Shown: one piece after another, positions 9,591 through 18,141 of the stretch
Layout of the letters: every line of letters starts with the position of its first letter
Position numbering within the stretch: position 1 is the first letter of the stretch
Made by a program: the position numbers and the translations under genes
Assembly (NCBI GenBank): GCA_026692905.1
Contig: JAPLNL010000029.1
Coordinates: 138,191-202,190, forward strand
Origin: Planctomycetota bacterium
GTDB lineage: Bacteria; Planctomycetota; Planctomycetia; Pirellulales; Pirellulaceae
Length of the DNA stretch: 64,000 nucleotides
Direction of reading: 5' to 3'
Notes under the pieces: model-generated
Seen by the model: the letters and a program-made list of their open reading frames with translations, nothing else
Told to the model about the DNA's origin: nothing
Databases searched by the model: none

Positions 9591-10901
9591 ATGCACATTT
9601 TACCAATCATCGCGTTGGTGCTGTTCGTCGGTATGTTGACTGGCGCTAACTTGTTTGCATTGGGAGCTTGCTCGCTTTTAATCATATTTCAACTTGCGAG
9701 GTTCTTTGCGGATCGATGGGCAGCAAGCTTGAACGTCGAAAGGCAAGTCACCCATTCCGAACTTCAAATTGGAGAGAGCTTGGCGGTCGGGCTTCGGCTC
9801 AACAACAAATCTGGTTACTTCATCCCATGGCTCTTTGCTGAGGACCTTTTGTCCAAACGAGTAACATCGCAACCGAATCGTGCGTTGGAGGTAACGGGCT
9901 ATCCTGCCAAGCTCTATTTCTTTCGGTCCAAGCAAAACTCGTTGATGACCTATCAGATCAAAGCGGTTCGAAGAGGATACTTTCAGTTGGGGCCGACCAT
10001 CCTTGAAACGGGTGATCTGCTTGGTTTGCATCGCAATTATCGTGTCGCTTCGGAACCGCAGTTTATTCTCGTCCTTCCAAAGCTAATCACGCTTCAAGGG
10101 ATGAATATCGCGAGTCGACGTCCCATGGGCGACTTGCATGTTAATGATCGAGTGATGGAGGACCCGACTCAAATGGTTGGTATCCGAGAGTATCGCGCTG
10201 GCGACTCTCTGAATCGGATCCATTGGCGTGCAACCGCACGTACAGGGAAACTGCACACGCGTATTTTCCAGCCGACTTGTATACAAGGAGCGATGCTCAT
10301 TCTGGACATGCATACCGCGACCAATCCCGATCGCAATGAGCCGGTGCGAACAGATCTAGCGGTCACCATGGCAGCATCTTTGGCCCACACCCTGTACCTC
10401 ATGAACCAACCCTTCGGACTGATCAGCAATGGACGCGATGCAGCAGATCGCGTTAGGCAAATGCGGCTCGAGAAGGATTTTTCCGACCGGGACTCGGTGC
10501 GAGCCGATGTGGAGATGAATGCCAAGAGCACGCGATTGCGGCCTGTGGTGGTCGATGCGCGAAGCGGGCCAGAACAATTTGCCGAAGTGCACCGAACCCT
10601 TGCTAGACTTGAGCGGACGGATGGCCTTCGTTTGGCAGACCTTTTGATGGAGACTCAAAATCGACTCTCCAGGCAACTTTCCGTGCTTGTTTTCGTGCAG
10701 CAGGTCGACGACGAGATGGCATTGACATTGGGATTGCTGCGGCGGCGAGGCTATGCTGTTTCCGCCATCGTAAACCAACATGATTTGGACGGTTTGCAAG
10801 ATTCGGCCGCGAAGCTTGTCGCCTATCATATTCCTGTTTTTGCATTGCCGAATGAGCAAGCAATTCCGACTGTTTGCCGGGATATGCTGCTTGCGGGTTG
10901 A
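9591..10901 (+). CDS. DUF58 domain membrane protein
   Basis: Two N-terminal TM helices; DUF58 core DPTQMVGIREYRAGDSLNRIHWRATARTGKLHTRIFQ. Confidence 0.8.
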   Translation: MHILPIIALVLFVGMLTGANLFALGACSLLIIFQLARFFADRWAASLNVERQVTHSELQIGESLAVGLRLNNKSGYFIPWLFAEDLLSKRVTSQPNRALEVTGYPAKLYFFRSKQNSLMTYQIKAVRRGYFQLGPTILETGDLLGLHRNYRVASEPQFILVLPKLITLQGMNIASRRPMGDLHVNDRVMEDPTQMVGIREYRAGDSLNRIHWRATARTGKLHTRIFQPTCIQGAMLILDMHTATNPDRNEPVRTDLAVTMAASLAHTLYLMNQPFGLISNGRDAADRVRQMRLEKDFSDRDSVRADVEMNAKSTRLRPVVVDARSGPEQFAEVHRTLARLERTDGLRLADLLMETQNRLSRQLSVLVFVQQVDDEMALTLGLLRRRGYAVSAIVNQHDLDGLQDSAAKLVAYHIPVFALPNEQAIPTVCRDMLLAG

Positions 10902-10977
10902 TCATCCCGTCGGAATGACTTAGGATCGAAGCCAATCTTTTCGTCCAACTTCGCGGGCTTAACTAATTGAACTAACT

Positions 10978-12096
10978 TTGACTTACCTATTAGACACCAA
11001 GAGCAACGCGGTCTCAGACTCCACGAGCGGTCCCGAAACGGCGCAACTTTATCGTCCCCTCAAGATTGGGAATGTGGCCATCGGGTTTCCTGTCGTTCAA
11101 GCGGCCCTGAGTGGCTACAGCGACTGGCCCATGCGAGTGATCGCACGACGCCATGGAGCGTCGTATAGTTTGTGCGAGGTAATGCTCGACAAATTTTTGG
11201 TTGAACTCAAAGATCGGAAACGGACCCAGCATTTCTTGCACAATACTCCCGAAGAGCAACCGGTCGCAGGACAGCTTATGGGGGCGGAGCCAGAGCAGTT
11301 TGCGTTGGGGGCAAAAAAACTTGTGGAAGCCGGCTTCGCGGTCATCGATATCAATTTTGGGTGCCCAGTGAAGAAGGTGCTCGGCCGATGTCGAGGCGGT
11401 TTTCATTTGAGCCAGCCTGCAGTCGCCCTCGAAATTGTCCGACAGACGCGAGACATCGTCCCGTCGCATATTCCAGTTACGATCAAAATGCGCCGCGGAC
11501 TGGACGACTCGCAGGAGAGTCGCGATCGTTTTTTCGAGATTCTCGACGGGGCATTCGGGTACGGAATCGACGCCATAACCGTCCACGGCCGAACCGTTGT
11601 TCAACGCTACATCGGTCCGAGCCGTTGGTCCTTTTTGAAGGAAGTGAAACAGCATGTTGGACCCAATCGAATGATCCTAGGTAGTGGAGATCTCTTCACT
11701 GCAGATGACTGCTTGCGAATGATGCAGGAGACAGGAATTGACGGTGTAACCGTCGCGCGCGGTTGTATTGGCAACCCCTGGATTTTTGAGCAATGCCAAG
11801 CGATTTTTCATGGCAAGCCGCTTCCACCTCCCCCGTCCCTGTACCGACAACGGGAAGTCATTTTGGAGCATTTTAAACTGGCTGAAGAACTTTACGGCCA
11901 AGACAAAGCGGGTGTGCCGATGCGCAAGTTTGGGATTAAATACTCAGCCCTTCATCCTCAATCGCTTGAAGTGCGTGAGAGTTTCGCACGGGTCAAAAAT
12001 TTGCAGGAGTGGTCTGCGGCTTTAGATCGCTGGTACTGCCTAGATGGTCCTGGTGTCTACCCAAGTGTGGCGCATACCGAGCAAGAATGTGAGTAG
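10978..12096 (+). CDS. dus: tRNA-dihydrouridine synthase
   Basis: FMN-binding TIM barrel with the IDINFGCP motif and an MRRG...VHGRT region. Confidence 0.85.
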   Translation: MTYLLDTKSNAVSDSTSGPETAQLYRPLKIGNVAIGFPVVQAALSGYSDWPMRVIARRHGASYSLCEVMLDKFLVELKDRKRTQHFLHNTPEEQPVAGQLMGAEPEQFALGAKKLVEAGFAVIDINFGCPVKKVLGRCRGGFHLSQPAVALEIVRQTRDIVPSHIPVTIKMRRGLDDSQESRDRFFEILDGAFGYGIDAITVHGRTVVQRYIGPSRWSFLKEVKQHVGPNRMILGSGDLFTADDCLRMMQETGIDGVTVARGCIGNPWIFEQCQAIFHGKPLPPPPSLYRQREVILEHFKLAEELYGQDKAGVPMRKFGIKYSALHPQSLEVRESFARVKNLQEWSAALDRWYCLDGPGVYPSVAHTEQECE

Positions 12097-12417
12097 TCCC
12101 TACCGAATTTCGCTACGATCCCAATGGAAAGTGGAGCAAAGAATTCCGTCCGACCTTTCTGGTGAGGCCGAGTTTTTGGCGGTTCGAGCATTCCACTGCC
12201 CGACAGGGATTTCGCGTTTGCAGCATGTTTGCTTCTGTTTTGAACCATTCGAGGTGAAGCAGACATTTTTCTTAAACGGAATCGAACTTTTTTGGAATAT
12301 GATTGACGGTCTAGCGACGGTACCAATCACCAGTATGATGGAACCGACGAATCGCGCGGAACTTCGATGGCGCGGTATCCCACAGGAAACTCCTCACCTA
12401 CCTGAGCATTTCAAAGC

Positions 12418-13821
12418 ATGGCTGGAAATTTCGAACGACTCTCAAATCGATCTTTAGTTGTTTTCAATTTACTCTTAGTCGGGTCGGTTTGTGCATTTGC
12501 ATCGGGTTGCGGTGCTTCCAGCACGCCTGCAACAGAGCAAAAATCGAAATCCGATTCCTCTGAAAGAGCCAAGGAATCCTTTGGTAATACCCAGGAACTT
12601 GAGGAGGCGAAACCGATCGAAAAAGCGTCTTCGAAACCCGTGGCGGACACAGCTCCCGTGGCTCCTGCGGCTGACGCCAAACCCGAAGAGCTACCCCTCG
12701 ACCCGTCGGTTGATGTCGACAAACTTTTGGCTGCTCGACTGCCCGTGGACGAACTGAGCGTCGGCTGGGTTCGACTGTTTGATGGCCAGTCCATGGCGGG
12801 GTGGCGCAACGCGGGAAATGCAAATTGGAAAGTCGAAGATGGAGTCTTGTTGGCTACCGAAGGTGAAGCTGGTCTGCTTTGTACAGCAGTTCGTTTTTCG
12901 GATTTCGAGTTGATGCTTGAGTTCAAGGGAACGGACAAAACAAACAGCGGCGTGTTTCTTAGAACACCGGCAATTCCGACTGACCCTGCCAAAGATTGCT
13001 TTGAACTCAATATTGCGCCACCTGACAACCCCTTTCCAACGGGATCACTTGTTGGACGTGCCAAGGTAAACGAACAAGTAGACGAACCCGAGTCTGGCGA
13101 ATGGCATACCATGCATGCCATGGTGGACCGAGAGCATGTCCAAACTTGGGTCAATGGGCAGCTTTCCACAGACTACATGGACACGACCGGTTTGACCGCT
13201 GGATTGATTGGGTTGCAATTCCGTGAGGGGACCATTCGATTTCGAAACATCAAGGTTCGACCAATTACCTACGCCGTGCTTCCCGCCAAAGATCTCAAGG
13301 ATTTTAATATGCCCGCTGGCAAGGTCAGAGCGGAGCTCTCCAGCGAGGGAGCATTGACACTCATCGGTGGCAAAGGTCATATCGAATTGCTCCAGCCCCA
13401 TGCCAATTGTTGCTTGCAGTTCGCCGCTCAGACCCTAGCTGAGAATGTCAATTCAGGTTTGTTTTTTCGGTGTATTCCAGGCGAAGACATGAACGGCTAT
13501 GAATGCCAGGTGCATCATGGCTTCAAGGAGGATCGTCGCAGGCCGGTCGATGCTGGCATGGGCGCTATTTTCCGTCGCCAAAATGCAAAGGCAGTTCTGT
13601 CGGATTCCGCAGAAAAAACGTTTGTCACCGTGATCGCCGATGGACCGCTGATTAGCACTTGGGTGAATGGAGTCCAAGTCGTTGATTTCAAGGATACACG
13701 TGAGCCTAACGAGAACCCTCGCAAGGGACTGCGGACCGAAGCGGGAACGATCATGTTGCAAGCCCACGATCCAGAATGCAAGATTCGATTCGACAGCTTG
13801 AGTATCTGCCCACTGCCTTAA
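12418..13821 (+). CDS. Lipoprotein with two tandem DUF1080 (3-keto-disaccharide hydrolase-like) domains
   Basis: Lipobox ...ASGC. Both domains show W..FDG.S..GW...W.VEDGVL ... RNIKVRPI. Confidence 0.75.
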   Translation: MAGNFERLSNRSLVVFNLLLVGSVCAFASGCGASSTPATEQKSKSDSSERAKESFGNTQELEEAKPIEKASSKPVADTAPVAPAADAKPEELPLDPSVDVDKLLAARLPVDELSVGWVRLFDGQSMAGWRNAGNANWKVEDGVLLATEGEAGLLCTAVRFSDFELMLEFKGTDKTNSGVFLRTPAIPTDPAKDCFELNIAPPDNPFPTGSLVGRAKVNEQVDEPESGEWHTMHAMVDREHVQTWVNGQLSTDYMDTTGLTAGLIGLQFREGTIRFRNIKVRPITYAVLPAKDLKDFNMPAGKVRAELSSEGALTLIGGKGHIELLQPHANCCLQFAAQTLAENVNSGLFFRCIPGEDMNGYECQVHHGFKEDRRRPVDAGMGAIFRRQNAKAVLSDSAEKTFVTVIADGPLISTWVNGVQVVDFKDTREPNENPRKGLRTEAGTIMLQAHDPECKIRFDSLSICPLP

Positions 13822-13900
13822 GGTGAATGCCAATTTTGCGTGAAGGCGAGGCGACAACTGCAAACATGTTTCATCGACTTCAACCAAACATGTATTAGTC

Positions 13901-14083
13901 GGGAGGGTGAGGCTCCTGCCGAGCCATTGCGTACAAAGGGGCTTGCTGATTTCATGTTTAACAGTCAGCCGAAGGCGTACTCAGTTACAATGACAGTAGG
14001 CCTACGGCGGACTGTTAAACGAATTGCATTTGAATGCGTATTGAATCAACAATCCGCTAGCTCGGCAGGAGCCTCGCTCTCCC
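13901..14083. repeat. Composite palindromic element: family B arms (GGGAGGGTGAGGCTCCTGCCGAG / CTCGGCAGGAGCCTCGCTCTCCC) with a family C element nested in the loop
   Basis: Left arm 13901-13923, family C 13956-14023, right arm 14061-14083. Confidence 0.85.
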
Positions 14084-14166
14084 CTACAATCAATATGCAA
14101 GTTTCTGCGCCCGCCATACATTAGCTCGCCCCGCCTTGTCCTTCCTCAAACCACCTGGAGTTCTCA

Positions 14167-15651
14167 ATGCCAACGAATTGGAACAACTTGCTCGCTCAAC
14201 CCGCCCGACGAGATTTTTTGCGACGAGCGGGCGGCGGCTTTGGTATGCTCGGCCTCGCCTCACTGCTCGATGAAGCAGGACTATTAACTTCAAATCTCCG
14301 AGCGAGCTCAAACGATGGCTTCTTGGATCGTTCGCTCGCACCGATGGCTCCTCGTCCATCGCATTTTCCAGCCAAAGCCAAGAGCGTCATTTGGCTGTTC
14401 ATGAATGGTGGCCAAAGCCAAGTCGACACGTGGGACTACAAACCCGAACTCGAAAAGCGTGACGGAAAGACGCTCGAGGGATTCGACAACAAAACGGGGT
14501 TCTTTGTGGATGCCGTCGGTGGGTTGATGAAGTCGCCGTTTCAATTTAAACAGCATGGCCAAAGCGGTACTTGGGTTAGTGAAATTTTCCCGGCGTTGTC
14601 CAAGCATGTGGATGAAATGGCTTTTATTCATAGTTGTTTCACCGAGACGAACAACCACGCGCCGGCCTTGTTTCAAATGAACACCGGAATGAGCCGTATG
14701 GGCTTTCCTGGGGTTGGCTCCTGGGTAACCTACGGTTTGGGCAGTGAAAGCCAGAACTTGCCCGGATACGTGGTCATGTGCGATACCAAAGGTCGAGGTT
14801 TACCCAAGGGGCACGCAACCAATTGGGGTGCCGGCTTTTTGCCAGGTGTCTATCAAGGGACTTTCTTAGCAGCTCAGGGGGACCCGATCGCCAATCTCTC
14901 GCGACTACCCCACATGACAACTGCCGCACAGCGTCGTCAGTTGGACTTGATCGCTCGGCTCAATCAAAAGCATCAAGAGCAAAGCCCAGAGGAAGCGGAG
15001 TTGGCTGCTCGCATTGAGAGCTTCGAGCTCGCTTATCGCATGCAAACCGCTGCCCCGGAGGCATTTGATATCGAAAGCGAATCGGCAGACACGAAGAAGC
15101 TCTATGGACTCGACAACGAAAAGTGCTCGCATTTTGGCAGGCAAGCGCTGATGGCACGGCGATTGGTAGAACGCGGAACACGATACATTCAAATATTCTC
15201 AGGTGGCATGGACAATCAGTTGTCATGGGATGGCCACGTTGACATCGATGGAAATCACCGTCAGTTCGCTGAGGAGACCGATGTGCCGATCGCGGGGCTG
15301 ATCACGGACCTGAAGCAGCGAGGACTATTGGATAGCACCCTCATCATCTGTGCCGGAGAGTTCGGTCGATTACCGCTTGCTCAGAAAGGTGCGAAGCCAG
15401 GTCGAGATCACAATCCTAACGCGTTTACCGCATGGTTCGCTGGTGGCGGAGTCAAGGGCGGCACTCACTACGGCGAGACCGACGAAATCGGCCACAAGGC
15501 CAGCGTGAATCGAGTCAGCATCAACGACTTGCACGCAACCATTTTGGCGCTGTTGGGCATGGACCATACCAAGCTCACCTACTTTTTCAACGGCCGCAAT
15601 TTCCGGTTAACCGACGTCGCAGGTGAAGTCGTCAAGGGCATCATCGCCTAG
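14167..15651 (+). CDS. DUF1501 domain protein (Tat-signal, sulfatase-fold)
   Basis: Tat motif RRDFLRRAGGG; C-terminal ICAGEFGR...GRDHN...GGGVKGG...LHATIL is typical of DUF1501. Confidence 0.85.
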   Translation: MPTNWNNLLAQPARRDFLRRAGGGFGMLGLASLLDEAGLLTSNLRASSNDGFLDRSLAPMAPRPSHFPAKAKSVIWLFMNGGQSQVDTWDYKPELEKRDGKTLEGFDNKTGFFVDAVGGLMKSPFQFKQHGQSGTWVSEIFPALSKHVDEMAFIHSCFTETNNHAPALFQMNTGMSRMGFPGVGSWVTYGLGSESQNLPGYVVMCDTKGRGLPKGHATNWGAGFLPGVYQGTFLAAQGDPIANLSRLPHMTTAAQRRQLDLIARLNQKHQEQSPEEAELAARIESFELAYRMQTAAPEAFDIESESADTKKLYGLDNEKCSHFGRQALMARRLVERGTRYIQIFSGGMDNQLSWDGHVDIDGNHRQFAEETDVPIAGLITDLKQRGLLDSTLIICAGEFGRLPLAQKGAKPGRDHNPNAFTAWFAGGGVKGGTHYGETDEIGHKASVNRVSINDLHATILALLGMDHTKLTYFFNGRNFRLTDVAGEVVKGIIA

Positions 15652-15667
15652 TAGGTTCAAAAAAAAG

Positions 15668-15703
15668 AACCTGGGCTTGCAGATAAATCTGCAAGCCCAG
15701 GCT
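15668..15703. other. Strong stem-loop CCTGGGCTTGCAGAT-AAA-TCTGCAAGCCCAGG downstream of the DUF1501 gene
   Basis: Perfect 14-bp stem. The A-run lies 5' of the stem on the plus strand, so it has the U-tract geometry for minus-strand termination only. Confidence 0.4.
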
Positions 15704-16280
15704 AGGACTAAAAACCGCTCGCCAATTCCGAGGAGTAGCTCCGTCGGGTTGATGCGAGTAGGGTTGAGGCTGCTTGTCCTGCGCAGCCCGCCGGCATGCT
15801 AGGACGCCTCACCCCTTTGGCCAGTACAGAATGATTTCACTGATACACCTCCTTTCGATAAAAGCCAGACCGTTGCCGCCGCTCAGCCAAGAACAGGGCG
15901 GCATCGATACTGAAACAGTCGCCACGACGCGTTTCGCAGCACTGCCTTCAGTGTACGCAAGCGTCAACCGGAAAATCAACTGTGGGACTGAATAGCCCGC
16001 TCAAGAATTCGGAAATATAGGCAAATCTCGCGGGGCGCAGCCAGGAAAAGCCCTGCGTGGTTTTTGGCAACCCAAACAACGCGCAATGATGGTTGAAATC
16101 GCCTTGATGGGGAGGACGCTCAAAACGTGTGCGATTGTGCTCGGGTTGCGTATTCTCCAAGCAAACTCGTTCCTAGTCGGGCTCTGAACTGCACTTCGCG
16201 AAAACTAAATGTTTTTTTGATCAATTAATAATCTGGAATTCGTTGGACATTTGGTAATCAACGAAATCCCATCGCTCTCT

Positions 16281-16296
16281 TGGCCTAGTATTTGCT
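16281..16296 (+). promoter_or_regulatory. Candidate sigma-54 (-24/-12) promoter TGGCCTAGTATTTGCT upstream of amt
   Basis: GG and GC elements at the correct 12-nt register of the consensus TGGCACG-N4-TTGCW, about 100 bp upstream of the amt ATG. Confidence 0.4.
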
Positions 16297-16398
16297 AGCG
16301 GGACAAGCGTGGGTCACAGTGCGCAATCTCTCCGCACTGCAGCCCACAGACATCAACTAACTAAGTTTGAGAGAAAGAACTTCGAGGCGGAGTTGGAT

Positions 16399-17865
16399 AT
16401 GATTAGAACGGCGTGTTATTCGTTTTTCTTATTGGCTTTAATGTGTACGGGTTTGATCGCCCAAGAGGACGCGACACCGGTTGCACCGCCACCTGGTGCG
16501 ATGTCGGCGCCGGGAGGCGAAGTTGCTGCCGCTCCGGCTCCGTCAACGTTAGTAGGCGCAGACCAAGCTTGGTTGTTGATGAGCGCGGCTTTGGTTTTGT
16601 TTATGACGCCGGGATTGGCTTTCTTTTACGGCGGCTTGGTCGGGCGAAAGAACGTTCTGAGTATTTTGATGCAATGCTTTATGTGCATGGCATTGGTTTC
16701 GCTAATTTGGGTGACAGTAGGTTACAGTCTGGCTTTTTCAGGTGCTAACCCAAGTACGGCAGTAGCGGGTGCACCAGCAGATGAGATACTTGGTGGCTTC
16801 GCTGGCAATCCATTGAAACACTTCATGCTTAATGGGATTGGTTTTGAAGATTCGTTTGAACCTGTGAAGGATGTGAAGCTGGGGATTAGTCAGCAACTAT
16901 TCATGGTGTTCCAGATGATGTTTGCGATCATCACTCCAGCACTGATCATTGGAGCGTTTGCAGAAAGGATGAAGTTCCTTGCGTTCCTTGTATTCATCGG
17001 ATTGTGGAGCTTGATTGTCTACAGCCCGATTTGCCACTGGGTATGGTATGGACCGGTACATCCGCTGTTTGGTCTTGGAGCGTTCGACGAAAAGAATAAT
17101 CCTGTAGGCGCGCTTGACTTTGCAGGCGGTACGGTTGTTCACATTAATGCAGGGATTGCAGCTCTTGTTTGCTGCTTGGTGATTGGTCCACGTCGAGGCT
17201 TCCCGAAGCAAATTATGCCACCTCATAATCTTCCATTTGCTGTTCTCGGGGCAGGAATCTTGTGGTTCGGTTGGTTTGGATTCAACGGTGGTAGCGCATT
17301 CGGTGCGACTTCGCAAGCTGTTAGGGCTTTCGTGACTACGCAAGTTGCTGCGGCAACGGCAGGCCTACTTTGGTCCGTGATCGAAATCGTTCGCAATGGC
17401 AAGCCGACGGCTTTAGGGATGATCACCGGAGCAGTTGCTGGCCTGGTTGGTATTACCCCGGCTGCGGGCTTTGTGGAAGTCTGGGCAGCGATTGTTATCG
17501 GTGCTGGTGCAACCATTGTGAGCTACATTTTTGTTGCCTTCGTTAAGCCTGCTCTTAAGTACGACGATTCATTGGACGTATTTGGCGTTCACGGGATGGC
17601 GGGGATATGGGGGGCTTTGGCAACTGGGATTTTTGCAATTCCAAATTATGGCTTCGAGCTAAAGGGAGGGGCATTTTACGGCAATACCGCACAGCTCATG
17701 CTTCAATTCAAAGCGGTTGGCGTTACGCTCGTTTACTCAGGCGTTGTTTCCTTCATTTTGCTCAAGTTGATCGATTTCACGATCGGTCTTCGAGCGAGCG
17801 AAGATGGAGAGAAAATGGGGCTGGACCTCAGCGATCACGCTGAAACAGCTTATACCGTTTCTTAA
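16399..17865 (+). CDS. amt: Ammonium transporter (Amt family)
   Basis: Signal peptide plus 11 TM helices; LMSAALVLFMTPGLAFFYGG and other Amt signatures. SD GGAG sits 8 nt upstream of this ATG; the longer ORF starts at 16309. Confidence 0.9.
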   Translation: MIRTACYSFFLLALMCTGLIAQEDATPVAPPPGAMSAPGGEVAAAPAPSTLVGADQAWLLMSAALVLFMTPGLAFFYGGLVGRKNVLSILMQCFMCMALVSLIWVTVGYSLAFSGANPSTAVAGAPADEILGGFAGNPLKHFMLNGIGFEDSFEPVKDVKLGISQQLFMVFQMMFAIITPALIIGAFAERMKFLAFLVFIGLWSLIVYSPICHWVWYGPVHPLFGLGAFDEKNNPVGALDFAGGTVVHINAGIAALVCCLVIGPRRGFPKQIMPPHNLPFAVLGAGILWFGWFGFNGGSAFGATSQAVRAFVTTQVAAATAGLLWSVIEIVRNGKPTALGMITGAVAGLVGITPAAGFVEVWAAIVIGAGATIVSYIFVAFVKPALKYDDSLDVFGVHGMAGIWGALATGIFAIPNYGFELKGGAFYGNTAQLMLQFKAVGVTLVYSGVVSFILLKLIDFTIGLRASEDGEKMGLDLSDHAETAYTVS

Positions 17866-17896
17866 TCGATATTAAGAAGCTTTGTGCATTGAATGA

Positions 17897-17933
17897 GAGC
17901 CTCGACGTTTTGTCGGGGCTCTTTTCGTTTTGG
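17897..17933 (+). terminator. Rho-independent terminator after amt
   Basis: GAGCCTCGAC-gtttt-GTCGGGGCTC followed by TTTTCGTTTT. Confidence 0.6.
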
Positions 17934-18141
17934 AGGCCGAAGGCGTCTACAGACGCGATAGCCTGCAAAGTCCGCGGCAATGAGCAAGGTTTTCCCAGGC
18001 CGACGCTCTGTCCCTATTATGGTACAATTCTCGGTCTTTCCAGCACCTTCCATTCCAGTTTTTGACTTTTAGCGTGCTAAGGTTGGGCTGCCTAGTCAAC
18101 TAACCCGCCCATCCTAGACTGGAAAGGACACTCAACGTCAC

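Noticed and set aside
12411-13169. 252-aa minus-strand ORF.
   Set aside because: Antisense to the tandem-DUF1080 lipoprotein gene, which has strong motif support.
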